Source: Hydrurus foetidus (taxonomy: Eukaryota). Taken from it: a stretch of 64,000 nucleotides of DNA. The stretch covers positions 2,480,001-2,544,000 of the forward strand of contig UYFQ01000001.1 in NCBI GenBank assembly GCA_900617105.1, written 5' to 3'. The translations under genes and the position numbers were made by a program. Every line of letters starts with the position of its first letter. Within the stretch, counting starts at the first letter, position 1. Below, piece after piece: positions 9,013 through 18,667 of this stretch. Under the pieces are notes generated by a model. That model saw only the letters and a program-made list of their open reading frames with translations. It was not told where the DNA came from and did no database searches.

Positions 9013-10092
9013 ATGATAAATACACTTACACCCCAATATTTACGGGCGCAAGCAGCTACTATTTTAGTAGCGTCTGGCTCGTCTGCACAAGAAGCCGAAA
9101 CCGTTGCCGCCAACCTGGTCATGGCCAACCTCAGCGGCCACGACTCGCACGGCGTGGGCATGCTGCCGCGCTATGTTGATGCGGTGCAAGAAGGCGGCTT
9201 GATTCCCAACGCCCCCGCGGCAATCGTGCTGGACATTGGCACCATGCTGACCCTGAACGGCCAGCGCGGCTACGGCCAGGTGGTGGGCCTCCAAGCCATG
9301 CGTCTGGCCATTGCCCGAGCCAAAACGCACGGCAGCTGCATCATGACGCTGGCTGAAGCCCACCACTTGGGGCGCATTGGCGAGTTTGCTGAAATGGCGG
9401 TGGCGCAGGGCTTGGTGGCGCTGCATTTTGTCAACGTCATTTCACGCCCCGTGGTGGCGCCGTGGGGCGGCACTGACGGGCGCTTTGGCACTAATCCGCT
9501 GTGCATTGGCATACCCGTTGCGGGGCAAGAAGCGTTTGTTTTAGACGTGGCCACCAGCGCCGTGGCACAAGGAAAAATGCGCGTGGCTTTCAACCAGGGC
9601 AAGCAAGTCAAGCCCGGCCTGCTGATAGACGAACACGGCCAACCCACCACCGAGCCCGGCGTGGTGGTGGTCCCGCAATCAAACGGGCTGATGGGCGCGC
9701 TCATGACGTTTGGCGAACACAAAGGCTACGGCCTGGCGGTGGCGTGCGAGCTGCTGGGCGGCGCGTTGAGCGGCGGCGGCACCTGGCACCAGCAACCCAC
9801 AGCGGCAAACACCAGCCAGCGCGCGGTGAGCAACAGCATGCTGACGGTACTGATTGACCCGGCCAAACTGGGCACGCAGGCGTCGTTTAACCAGCAGGCG
9901 GCCCAGTTTATTGACTGGCTGAAGGAAAGCCCGCCTGCTGACGGCGTTGACGCGGTGCAAATCGCTGGCGATTTTGAGCGTAAAAACCGAAAGCAACGCG
10001 AGCGCGACGGCATTGCCATTGACGCCAGCACCTGGGCTGAAATTGAGCAGGCCGCCGCCAAAGTCGGTGCCAAGCTGGCCAGCCCAACCTAG
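9013..10092 (+). CDS. Ldh2-family (malate/lactate/ureidoglycolate) dehydrogenase
   Basis: GHDSHGV, HHLGRIG, GTNP, LDVATS, GEHKGYGL motifs. Confidence 0.9.
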   Translation: MINTLTPQYLRAQAATILVASGSSAQEAETVAANLVMANLSGHDSHGVGMLPRYVDAVQEGGLIPNAPAAIVLDIGTMLTLNGQRGYGQVVGLQAMRLAIARAKTHGSCIMTLAEAHHLGRIGEFAEMAVAQGLVALHFVNVISRPVVAPWGGTDGRFGTNPLCIGIPVAGQEAFVLDVATSAVAQGKMRVAFNQGKQVKPGLLIDEHGQPTTEPGVVVVPQSNGLMGALMTFGEHKGYGLAVACELLGGALSGGGTWHQQPTAANTSQRAVSNSMLTVLIDPAKLGTQASFNQQAAQFIDWLKESPPADGVDAVQIAGDFERKNRKQRERDGIAIDASTWAEIEQAAAKVGAKLASPT

Positions 10093-10114
10093 ACCAGTAA
10101 CCTAAACCAGCAAC

Positions 10115-10804
10115 TCAGGCGGGCACCTGCTGCACGCTAGCCCCCGCAATGGCAAACACCTGGTCACGCGGCTGACGCTCAATCGGGTGCATGCCGGTAA
10201 AGCTGCCAAAGGCGGGCAGCACGCCAACCGCGTTAATCGCCGCGTCGCCCAGCCAAAAACAAGGCAGCCGCAGCCGGTCGCGGCCCGCCCCGGTCAGCAC
10301 CACGCACGGGTGCAAGTGCCCGGCCAGCACGTAAGCGCCCGCTACGCGCTGCGAGTGGTGACACAGCGCCAGCGGCATCGCCAGAGGGTCGGATGAAGTT
10401 TTTTCAAGCAGCAAGGGCTCGTCAACTACCTGTACACCCAGCGCAGCCGGTGGGTCGCCAGCCCTGTCGTCGTGGTTACCGCGCACCAAAGTTAGCGCCA
10501 GCTCTGGGTGCAGGCGCCGCCAGCTGGCAATGGCTTGCTGGGTGGGCGCTGCATGGGCTTTGGCCGAATGTAAAAAGTCACCCAAAAAAATAACGCGGGT
10601 GGCAGTGGTTTCGGCCAGCGCGTCAGTTAGCCGCTGCAGCGTTTCTGTCGTGGTGCCTTGGGGTACGGGCACGCCTGCCAAGCGAAAGCTGACGGCTTTG
10701 CCAAAGTGCGCATCGGCCACCAGCAGCGTGGCGACTTCGGGCAAGTAAATTGCTCCGCCGGGCAGCAACTGCATGGCCCAGCCCGCGCAGTCAATAGGGA
10801 GCAT
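10115..10804 (-). CDS. pdeM: Ligase-associated DNA damage response metallophosphoesterase
   Basis: ADAHFGK, VPQGTT, LGDFLH, RGNHD, GHLHP, LPAFGSFTG. Confidence 0.85.
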   Translation of the reverse strand: MLPIDCAGWAMQLLPGGAIYLPEVATLLVADAHFGKAVSFRLAGVPVPQGTTTETLQRLTDALAETTATRVIFLGDFLHSAKAHAAPTQQAIASWRRLHPELALTLVRGNHDDRAGDPPAALGVQVVDEPLLLEKTSSDPLAMPLALCHHSQRVAGAYVLAGHLHPCVVLTGAGRDRLRLPCFWLGDAAINAVGVLPAFGSFTGMHPIERQPRDQVFAIAGASVQQVPA

Positions 10805-10934
10805 TTTCAAGCCGAAAAAGGTCTAAAACAGCGCGAAATAGGGAAAAATAGGGCATAAATAAGGCTATAGCCCAGTAAATACAGGCGCTAGAAGCTATTA
10901 AATAAATAGCGCTTTGCACACCGCAAAACTGCAC

Positions 10935-11585
10935 TCAACCCAGCAATATCGCCAGGCTGGCGTCCAAATGCTCAGACGGCAAACGCTTAAAGCCCGAGCG
11001 CGCAAAGCGCTGCAAGCGCCCCACCATAAACGCCACAATCACCGACGCCCGCACTTGCGCGTCGACCGTGGGCGTGGCCGCGCCGCTGGCGGTGGCGGCG
11101 TCACGCAGGTTTTGTTTAAAGCCCGATTCGAGCTTGTCAAAAAACTGGTTCATGCGGTCTTGCAGGCGGTCGTTTTCAAACACCAGCGCGTCGCCCACCA
11201 TCACGCGGGTCATGCCGGGGTTTTTCTCGCCGAACTGCAGCACCATGGCAATCAGGCGGCGGGTGCGCAGCGCGGGGTCGGGTTCGCGCTCGGCGATCTG
11301 GTTGACCAGCGTAAAAACGCTTTGCTCGATGAAGTCAATCAAGCCTTCAAACATTTGCGCCTTGCTGGCAAAGTGGCGGTACAACGCGGCTTCACTTACG
11401 TCGAGCCGGGCAGCCAGGGCCGCGGTGGTGATGCGTTCAGCGCCGGGCTGCTCGAGCATGGCGGCCAGCGCCTGCAAAATTTGCACACGGCGCTCGCCTG
11501 GCTTGGGCCGTTTGCGGGTGCTTTCTTCTACAGCCGCAGCGCCGCCGATGGGAAGGGTGTTGGCATCAAGCGCTGAATCAGACAT
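10935..11585 (-). CDS. slmA: Nucleoid occlusion factor (TetR family)
   Basis: RITTAALAARLDVSEAALYRHFASK, GLIDFIEQS; near argB. Confidence 0.88.
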   Translation of the reverse strand: MSDSALDANTLPIGGAAAVEESTRKRPKPGERRVQILQALAAMLEQPGAERITTAALAARLDVSEAALYRHFASKAQMFEGLIDFIEQSVFTLVNQIAEREPDPALRTRRLIAMVLQFGEKNPGMTRVMVGDALVFENDRLQDRMNQFFDKLESGFKQNLRDAATASGAATPTVDAQVRASVIVAFMVGRLQRFARSGFKRLPSEHLDASLAILLG

Positions 11586-11777
11586 GGGCAGTGGCGCGCA
11601 AGGCGTTGAAAGTAGTGGGAGATAAAAAAGTTGGCGAAATGAAAAAAGCGGTACGGTGTTAAGGTACTTTTTTGCTTTTCAAAACGTCTCAAAATGATTC
11701 TCGCACAGCGCTGGTAGCACCTTAGCCAAAAACAGGGCCGATAAATGCGGGTTTTCCTGCTGCCGCTTTCAGCTGGG

Positions 11778-13268
11778 TTACAGGCTTAGCCGCACCCGCA
11801 GCCCGCGGCGACTGCCAATGCCATCGCCTGCGATACTGGCGTAGTCGAGCTCAAGCTGGGTATGGTGGGCCCGGGCCAGCTCGTCGGCAATGGCCAAGCC
11901 CAGGCCGTTGCCCTCGCCCGCTGTGCCCGGCACGCGGTAAAAGCGTTCAAGCGCCTTGCTGCGCTCTTGCGGCGCTATGCCGGGGCCGTCGTCTATGACT
12001 TCCAAAAACACGCCTTGAGCTTGACCGGCAGAACTCTCCGCAACGCCCTCAGTTCGCCCACAGCGAATGGTCACAGTTCCGCCGCGCGGCGTGTACTTCA
12101 CGGCGTTGTCGACCAGGTTGCCGAGCAGCTCGCGCAGCAACCACTCATGACCCGTGGCGTGCACGGGCTCGGCGTCCAGCCCCAGGTCAATTTCTTTTTC
12201 AAAGGCGGCGTCCAAGTGCGCGGGCAGTATTGATTCGCATAGCTCTTTTAAATCTACCCGCTGCATGGGCTGGGTGGCCAGCGCAGTGGCGTCGGCACGC
12301 GACAGCGCCAGCAACTGGTTGGCCAGCTGAGAGGTGCGGCGCGTGGCGCTGCGCAGCTTGAAGATTTTGTCGTTGGACAACAGCAAGCTGCCGGACTTGC
12401 TTGCCAAGTCCCCGGTGGGATGTGCTGAATGTGCCGATGTGGTTTCAGCGGCTTCAGCGGCTTCAGCGGCTTGGGCCCAGGCTTCTACCTGCGCCTGCAA
12501 GCCCGCCAGCGGGGTGCGCAACTGGTGCGCAGCGTCGGCTACAAAGCGGCGCTGGCCCTCTGCCTGGTCATTGACCAAGCCCAACAAGCGGTTAAGCGCG
12601 GCCACCAGCGGCTGCACTTCAGCGGGCGCAGCGGCGGCGTCCATCGGACTTAAATCGCGTGGGCTGCGCCGCTGCACTGCGCCAGTCAATTCAACCAGCG
12701 GCTTAAGCGCCCGCTTCACCGCCCAATTGACTGCAAAGCCAGCAGCCAGCACCAGCGCCAAGTTGGGCAACAGCACTTTGACCCATATCGAGCGCACCCA
12801 TTGCTGGCGCGGGTCAGAGCCGTCGGCCAGCAGCACAATCAGCTCGCCTGCAGCGGTATTGACCCGCTGGGCCGCAATTCGGTAAGTGGTGCCGTCGGTC
12901 TCGACACTGTGCAGCTCGGGCTCGCGTGAGCTGGGCAGCACGCCGGTAATCCACGCTTGCCCGGCCAGAAAGTTGCCAGCCGCGTCAGACAGGCGAAACC
13001 CGACAAAGCTTTCGCGGTCTTTAATGAAGTCTTCAATGCTAGGTGCCAACAGCAACACCGGCGTGGCGGTTTTATTGTCTGTAGGCCCCAAAACCGAATC
13101 AGCCATCAAAGGAATCAGTCGCAGCAACTGTTGGTCTTTTTGAAACGCCACGCTGCCGGCGGTTCGGTAGTCCAAATAAATACTGACCAGCGCAAAAAAC
13201 CCGAGCGGCAGCAACAAGAGCAGCAGCAAGCGCCGCTGCAGCCCCGATGTAATGGCTAGCGGGTGCAT
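11778..13268 (-). CDS. Membrane sensor histidine kinase (TctE/QseC-like)
   Basis: Two TM segments, HAMP, ADAAHQLRTPL H-box, NLVDNAVKY, DDGPGI, GNGLGL. Confidence 0.9.
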   Translation of the reverse strand: MHPLAITSGLQRRLLLLLLLPLGFFALVSIYLDYRTAGSVAFQKDQQLLRLIPLMADSVLGPTDNKTATPVLLLAPSIEDFIKDRESFVGFRLSDAAGNFLAGQAWITGVLPSSREPELHSVETDGTTYRIAAQRVNTAAGELIVLLADGSDPRQQWVRSIWVKVLLPNLALVLAAGFAVNWAVKRALKPLVELTGAVQRRSPRDLSPMDAAAAPAEVQPLVAALNRLLGLVNDQAEGQRRFVADAAHQLRTPLAGLQAQVEAWAQAAEAAEAAETTSAHSAHPTGDLASKSGSLLLSNDKIFKLRSATRRTSQLANQLLALSRADATALATQPMQRVDLKELCESILPAHLDAAFEKEIDLGLDAEPVHATGHEWLLRELLGNLVDNAVKYTPRGGTVTIRCGRTEGVAESSAGQAQGVFLEVIDDGPGIAPQERSKALERFYRVPGTAGEGNGLGLAIADELARAHHTQLELDYASIAGDGIGSRRGLRVRLSL

Positions 13269-13284
13269 GCAGGTTTTTTGGGTT

Positions 13285-13986
13285 TCATGCCGGGCCTTGC
13301 AGGCTGGGCAAACCTGGGCTGGGGGTAAGTTCTAGCCGGTAGCCAAAGCCGCGAATCGAACGCAGCGCAATGCCGTGCGGCTCCAGCTTGGCGCGCAGGC
13401 GAGAAATGTAGACCTCAATCGCGTTGGTGGTGATCTCTTTGTCCCAGCCGGTCAGCGCTTGCAGCAGCTTGTCTTTGCCGGTGGGCTTGGGCGCGTGGGT
13501 CATCAGGTATTGCATGACCGTCCATTCGCGTGGGCCTAGCTCAAGGACTTGGCCGTTGGCAGTGGCTTGCCGATTGGCGGCATCAAGCTCAAGCGGGCCA
13601 AACGACAAAACAGCGCTGGTGGCCGCCTGTGATCGACGCAGCAGCGCACGCAACCTGGCCAATAGCTCAGGCAGCTCGCAGGGTTTGACCATGTAGTCGT
13701 CGGCCCCGGCGTCCAGGCCTTGCACGCGGTCTTGTAGCGCGTCGCGCGCGGTCAACAGCATGACGGGAATGGTCACGCCGCTGCGGCGCAGGGTACGCAG
13801 CAGCCCCACACCGTCCATGGCGGGCAGCCCAATGTCGATGATGGCGGCGTCAAAGGTTTCGCGGCCCAGCGCTTCTTCAGCCCGCTCGGCACTGCCCACC
13901 CAGTCGACCGCATAGCCAGCGCCGCAAAGCCCCAGCTTGATGCCGCTGGCTACCATGACGTCGTCTTCAACTAATAAGAGTCTCAT
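13285..13986 (-). CDS. OmpR-family response regulator (TctD/QseB-like)
   Basis: LLVEDD, DIGLP, LLTARD, GADDY, winged helix IRGFGYRL. Confidence 0.93.
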   Translation of the reverse strand: MRLLLVEDDVMVASGIKLGLCGAGYAVDWVGSAERAEEALGRETFDAAIIDIGLPAMDGVGLLRTLRRSGVTIPVMLLTARDALQDRVQGLDAGADDYMVKPCELPELLARLRALLRRSQAATSAVLSFGPLELDAANRQATANGQVLELGPREWTVMQYLMTHAPKPTGKDKLLQALTGWDKEITTNAIEVYISRLRAKLEPHGIALRSIRGFGYRLELTPSPGLPSLQGPA

Positions 13987-14015
13987 ATTTGGTTCTGATA
14001 GATACCAGTGTTACT

Positions 14016-14117
14016 CCCTCTCCCCTCGGGGAGAGGGTTGGGGTGAGGGCAAGCGCAGTGGGAACAGCTTTTCAGCATTCGCCCTCTCCCCCGCTCTCTC
14101 CCGCAGGCGGGAGAGGG
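14016..14117. repeat. Inverted pair of CCCTCTCCC..GGGAGAGGG units with no internal gene
   Basis: Units at 14016-14049 and 14082-14117, same family and orientation as those flanking the DUF559 core. Confidence 0.85.
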
Positions 14118-14128
14118 ATTTATCCCAT

Positions 14129-15034
14129 TCAATGGCTTCGAATCATGGTCCCAAAAGCCTGCTCGGTCAAAATCTCCAGCAGCAGCGCATGCGGAACGCG
14201 GCCGTCAATGATGTGCACCGAATTCACGCCGCTTTTGGCGGCATCAAGCGCGCCGGCGATTTTGGGCAGCATGCCACCTGAAATGGTGCCGTCGGCAAAC
14301 AGCTCGTCAATCTGCCGCGCAGTCAGGTCAGTGAGCAGCTCGCCTTTTTTGTTCAACACGCCGGGTATGTTGGTCAGCAGCAGCAGCTTTTCAGCTTTTA
14401 AAACAGTGGCCAGCTTGCCGGCCACCACGTCGGCGTTGATGTTGTAGCTTTCGTTGTCTTCGCCAAAGCCAATCGGGCTGATGACCGGAATAAACGCGTC
14501 GTCTTGCAGCGCCCGCACCACGCTGGGGTCAATGCTGACGATGTCGCCCACAAAGCCCACATCGTGCGCTTTGGTAGGGTCTTGGTTGTCGGCCATGCTG
14601 AGTTTTTTGGCGCGAATCAAGCCGCCGTCGCGCCCGGTCAAGCCCACGGCCTTGCCGCCTGCCTGGTTGATTAGCCCCACGATGTCTTGCTGCACCTGGC
14701 CTGCAAGTACCCATTCAACGACTTCCATGGTTTCGTCGTCAGTTACGCGCATGCCCTGAATAAATTCGCCCTTTTTGCCCAAGCGGTTTAGCGCGGTTTC
14801 AATCTGCGGGCCGCCGCCGTGCACCACAACCGGGTTCATGCCAACCAGCTTGAGCAGCACCACGTCTTCAGCAAAATCGGCCTGCAGGGCCGGGTCAGTC
14901 ATGGCGTTGCCGCCATATTTAATGACCATGGTTTTGCCATGAAACTTGCGAATGTACGGCAGTGCCTGCGCCAAAATTTCGGCTTTGTCGCGCGGCGAAG
15001 TGTGGGACAGGTCAGGGTCAGTTGGCAAGGTCAT
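14129..15034 (-). CDS. argB: Acetylglutamate kinase
   Basis: [34 protein letters not shown]. Confidence 0.97.
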   Translation of the reverse strand: MTLPTDPDLSHTSPRDKAEILAQALPYIRKFHGKTMVIKYGGNAMTDPALQADFAEDVVLLKLVGMNPVVVHGGGPQIETALNRLGKKGEFIQGMRVTDDETMEVVEWVLAGQVQQDIVGLINQAGGKAVGLTGRDGGLIRAKKLSMADNQDPTKAHDVGFVGDIVSIDPSVVRALQDDAFIPVISPIGFGEDNESYNINADVVAGKLATVLKAEKLLLLTNIPGVLNKKGELLTDLTARQIDELFADGTISGGMLPKIAGALDAAKSGVNSVHIIDGRVPHALLLEILTEQAFGTMIRSH

Positions 15035-15075
15035 GGTTAGCTGAAAAGAAGTTTAAAAACCAGCGTGCTGACAGG

Positions 15076-15444
15076 TCACTTGACCAGAAACTCGTCTTTG
15101 TTGTGACCTTCCGCTAGCAGCGCTTTCAGCCAACGCGGCGTCAGACCTCGCCCAGTCCAGGTTTGACCGTCGACACTGCGGTATTTTGCAGCCACCTTGC
15201 TGCCCGCCGCGGTGCTGGTCGCCTTGCGCAGCCTCTGCACAGCATTGCCTGGTAGCGTTGACTTTTTCGACGCTCCGCCTGTCTTGTCTGACTTGGCCGG
15301 CTGCAAATCTTTAAACGTGATGCCAAAGGCATTCATTTTTTTCTTGATGTCCTGCACTGTTCTAGCAAACTCTTTGCTCCTAATCTGTTGGGCTTGCTTT
15401 TGCAGTTTTTCTATTTGCAATTGAATATCAACAAGATCATTCAT
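15076..15444 (-). CDS. H-NS family nucleoid protein
   Basis: N-terminal coiled coil; KYR..GQTWTGRGLTPRWL DNA-binding motif. Confidence 0.9.
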   Translation of the reverse strand: MNDLVDIQLQIEKLQKQAQQIRSKEFARTVQDIKKKMNAFGITFKDLQPAKSDKTGGASKKSTLPGNAVQRLRKATSTAAGSKVAAKYRSVDGQTWTGRGLTPRWLKALLAEGHNKDEFLVK

Positions 15445-15507
15445 TTGATGTTCCTTTATTTATAGTTACTCGATTCATAAAGTATGTCCCTACTCGTAGG
15501 CGGGTGT

Positions 15508-16611
15508 TTAACGGCGCAGCCAATGCGGTACTTTAAACCGAATAATGGCCACGTAAGCAGCGACGTAGCTGATTACAAACAAACCGCAAAAACCAATCAG
15601 TAATGAAGTGTTGTTCCAAAACAGCACAGCTGGTGCTACCGTCAAAGCTGTAAACCCCCAAAGGTAAGGAGAGGTTTTGTTGTTACGCATCAACATGCGC
15701 CTTGTATCGTTATCGTGAAAGACGCCGCGCACGACTCGCTTGTAAACCAATTGGTGGAAATGCAAAGAATCAGCCACTCCGGGAGACACGCCGCGCACCC
15801 ATTTACGGTACATTGAAAAAAACGTTTCCCAGACCGGGTAAATTAAAAGCAACATGACAAACCACGGGGATACTGCTGGATGGCGCTGTACAAGCGTAAT
15901 GCAGGCAATCGCAATAGCTCCGCCCCATAAATAGGCACCCCCATCCCCCGCAAAAATCATCCCGCGAGGGTAATTCCAAAATAAAAATCCCAATGTGGCC
16001 CCGATGACGCCAAACAGCATTCCCGCCAGGCTGCGGTCACCTAACTGCAATGCAACATGCGCAATAGCACCACACACCAGCACCGTCACTATGCCCGCCA
16101 AACCGTTGTAGCCATCAATGATGTTGAACGCATGCGGCAAACCAGCGATAGCTAAAAATGCCAACGCCATTCCCAGCCACGGAATTGTTTGCCACCATAC
16201 GTCGATTACAGGCAAGCCTAAGCGCGGCACGCTCAAGCCCATAACCAGGCACCCCAACAGGCCCGAAAGTGCACTCGCACCCAAACGCCAACGCGCCCCA
16301 ATACGTAGGGTGTGGTCTTCGCAAACACCTGCTACGAATGCCGGCAACAGCACCAACACCCACAGTAAAGTCTCACGCCACTGCAGTGGAACGTTGGTGG
16401 GCAGTTTCAATTGGTACGAGACCACACCCAGACACCAAGCCAAAATACAACCCGCCGCTATAGCTATCCCACCCACCCGCGGAACATGTCCCTTATGAAA
16501 CCGTTGTGGCATTGCTTTGGCGTACAACCTTGCTCTTTCTTTGCCAATGAGGATCAGCAATAAGCACAGGGATACAGAAATGACAAAACTAATTGCAGCA
16601 AGAGTCAGCAT
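15508..16611 (-). CDS. MraY/WecA-family undecaprenyl-phosphate glycosyl-1-P transferase
   Basis: PRVGG, NIIDGYNGL, NYP..IFAGDGGAY, HFHQ; multiple TM helices. Confidence 0.9.
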   Translation of the reverse strand: MLTLAAISFVISVSLCLLLILIGKERARLYAKAMPQRFHKGHVPRVGGIAIAAGCILAWCLGVVSYQLKLPTNVPLQWRETLLWVLVLLPAFVAGVCEDHTLRIGARWRLGASALSGLLGCLVMGLSVPRLGLPVIDVWWQTIPWLGMALAFLAIAGLPHAFNIIDGYNGLAGIVTVLVCGAIAHVALQLGDRSLAGMLFGVIGATLGFLFWNYPRGMIFAGDGGAYLWGGAIAIACITLVQRHPAVSPWFVMLLLIYPVWETFFSMYRKWVRGVSPGVADSLHFHQLVYKRVVRGVFHDNDTRRMLMRNNKTSPYLWGFTALTVAPAVLFWNNTSLLIGFCGLFVISYVAAYVAIIRFKVPHWLRR

Positions 16612-16687
16612 GCGTTAGGGGGAGGATGAAGATGTTCATGATGGAGCAGTCTACCGTACTGATTACGGTCTGGTCCTGATCTATGTA

Positions 16688-17482
16688 CTAATGCACATAA
16701 CTGCCACTCGTAGACAGCTTTTTCTTATAGCCCTTGTATACGGACGAATTCCACAATCTGAGTAGGCTGCGAATATGCCAGGCTAGGTGCCTTGGGTTTT
16801 TAAGTGTTTGGCGCTGCGTGTCGTGTGTGACCGTAACATTCGCCCGCGCAAGTTTGTAGCCCAAAAGCTGCATACGCAAGCAAATATCAACGTCTTCGCA
16901 ATACATGAAATAACGGTCGTCAAAACCGCCTAATTCCCTAAACACGGCAGACCTAAACACCATAAATGAACCGCTCACCCAATCAACCGGCTTGTCGCTG
17001 TTGTATCGATACCGTTTCCCAAATAAATGGCGTTGTGCTATTGATAACGGACTAACTAGATGCCGTTCGAAATCTAGACTTGTATTTCTTCCATCAATTT
17101 GTCTGGGGTAGGTTAGCCCAATGTCACCAACCACAAACATTTTCAGCAGTTGGGCAAATGGCTCTGTTGTTAGCTCAATGTCTGGATTGATTATGCAAAA
17201 GAACTCTGTTTCGCATGTTTGAAACGCCTGATTGTGATTGGCACCAAACCCCATAGGGACGTTGTTCCGCAGTAAGACAACATTTGCTAGCGACGCGAGC
17301 TCCAACCGCTTTATGTCCAGCTCACTGTCCAGTTTCGGAGAGTTGATGGTGATTACTAGCGTTATATTTCGATGCAATGGGGTTGACGCGAGTTGCTTGG
17401 CAAGCAACAGTATTAGAGCGCTATGTCCATGACTAACTACCGATATGGTGACTCGGTCGGAGAGTTCTCGTGTAAAGGTCAT
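16688..17482 (-). CDS. GT2 glycosyltransferase (WbbL-like)
   Basis: GFGANHN, INPD, DWVSGSFM, GGFDDRYFMYCEDVD. Confidence 0.85.
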   Translation of the reverse strand: MTFTRELSDRVTISVVSHGHSALILLLAKQLASTPLHRNITLVITINSPKLDSELDIKRLELASLANVVLLRNNVPMGFGANHNQAFQTCETEFFCIINPDIELTTEPFAQLLKMFVVGDIGLTYPRQIDGRNTSLDFERHLVSPLSIAQRHLFGKRYRYNSDKPVDWVSGSFMVFRSAVFRELGGFDDRYFMYCEDVDICLRMQLLGYKLARANVTVTHDTQRQTLKNPRHLAWHIRSLLRLWNSSVYKGYKKKLSTSGSYVH

Positions 17483-17516
17483 AGGCAATGAACACAAACT
17501 CAGCAGCGCTAAGAGC

Positions 17517-18470
17517 TTACGCGGAAGTGTTTAATTGACCAGACTGACCTGAAAATCCATGCGCCAATCCCTTAGACATAAAAATAGCGCGCTGCTTTCG
17601 TTCTCCAGAAAAAAGCAAAAAGTAAACTGCAAATTGGAAGAGGCGAAATAAAAAGTGCACTTTCCAAGTCAAACTCATTTGAGTTTCGCGCAACATTAGC
17701 AGGGTATTTCGGAACATGTAATAGTCTCGCAGCGGAGTGTGATACGTGACCTGCCTTGACCCGAAAAACCATATTGTCTTTGCAGCATCACCCAACGAAT
17801 GATGCAGCTTTGCATCTGGAACACCCAACAAAGTGTACCCGGCAGCCTTTGCGCGGAAGCACCACTCAGTATCGACATGATCGATAAAATATGATGAACG
17901 CATCATTCCAATGTGCCGAATTACATCCATTGGTATCAAGGTACCTGAGGCAATTAAGAAAGCTACATCAACATGTTTTGGCAAATCATTTGGGCGATTG
18001 GGAAACTTCCACCGTCGTGGCAGGCCTGCTTTTTCAATGACAAAAGAGGCCGTCCTCCCAGTACGCTTATCGATTGTCGCTGGACCAACAGCAGCTATCT
18101 TCTCAGATTTGCTTGAGCAGTCGGAATGCATAACAACCGCGAGTAATTCCCCCACCATTGTTGCGGAAGGCAAGCTATCTTGGTCTGATAAAAGCACGTA
18201 CCTTGCACCGAGAGTCATCGCACGCGCTATACCGGCGTTCTGTGCAGCCGCGATACCCGTGTTAACAGACATCTTCAGAACTTCAATCTCAAGGCTTTGA
18301 ATTTGATTAACGGTTGCCGATATATCTAAATACGAGGCGTTGTCCACCAAAATAGTGAAATTTACTTGGGGCTGGAGAGCCAGCAGCAAATCCCGCAATT
18401 CTTCTACGTCAGGATTGTAGGTTACAACAATCGCAATAACTAGTTTTGGGGAATTGATAACACCACTCAT
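17517..18470 (-). CDS. GT2 rhamnosyltransferase (RfbF-like)
   Basis: VVTYNP, VDNAS, NTGIAAAQN, DQDS, LIASG, FIDHVDTEWC. Confidence 0.88.
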   Translation of the reverse strand: MSGVINSPKLVIAIVVTYNPDVEELRDLLLALQPQVNFTILVDNASYLDISATVNQIQSLEIEVLKMSVNTGIAAAQNAGIARAMTLGARYVLLSDQDSLPSATMVGELLAVVMHSDCSSKSEKIAAVGPATIDKRTGRTASFVIEKAGLPRRWKFPNRPNDLPKHVDVAFLIASGTLIPMDVIRHIGMMRSSYFIDHVDTEWCFRAKAAGYTLLGVPDAKLHHSLGDAAKTIWFFGSRQVTYHTPLRDYYMFRNTLLMLRETQMSLTWKVHFLFRLFQFAVYFLLFSGERKQRAIFMSKGLAHGFSGQSGQLNTSA

Positions 18471-18667
18471 AATTTTTAACTGCAAGAGTATATACTTCCC
18501 ATAATGAATAAGATTTAAGCCGACTATTAAATTTGTGGGCACATGCCAGTCGGTTTACTCCAGCTGCGCTGTTAAAATGTGATTGGGGCAGTTTTAAAAA
18601 GCACCTGTCATCCACTTTCGCGCTAGACTCTGCACTGGATTAGTTTACGCAACTAAATTGAAAAAAC

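Noticed and set aside
12420..12471. 9-bp tandem repeats (TTCAGCGGC x3) in the sensor kinase
   Set aside because: In-frame low-complexity linker expansion with no effect on reading frame
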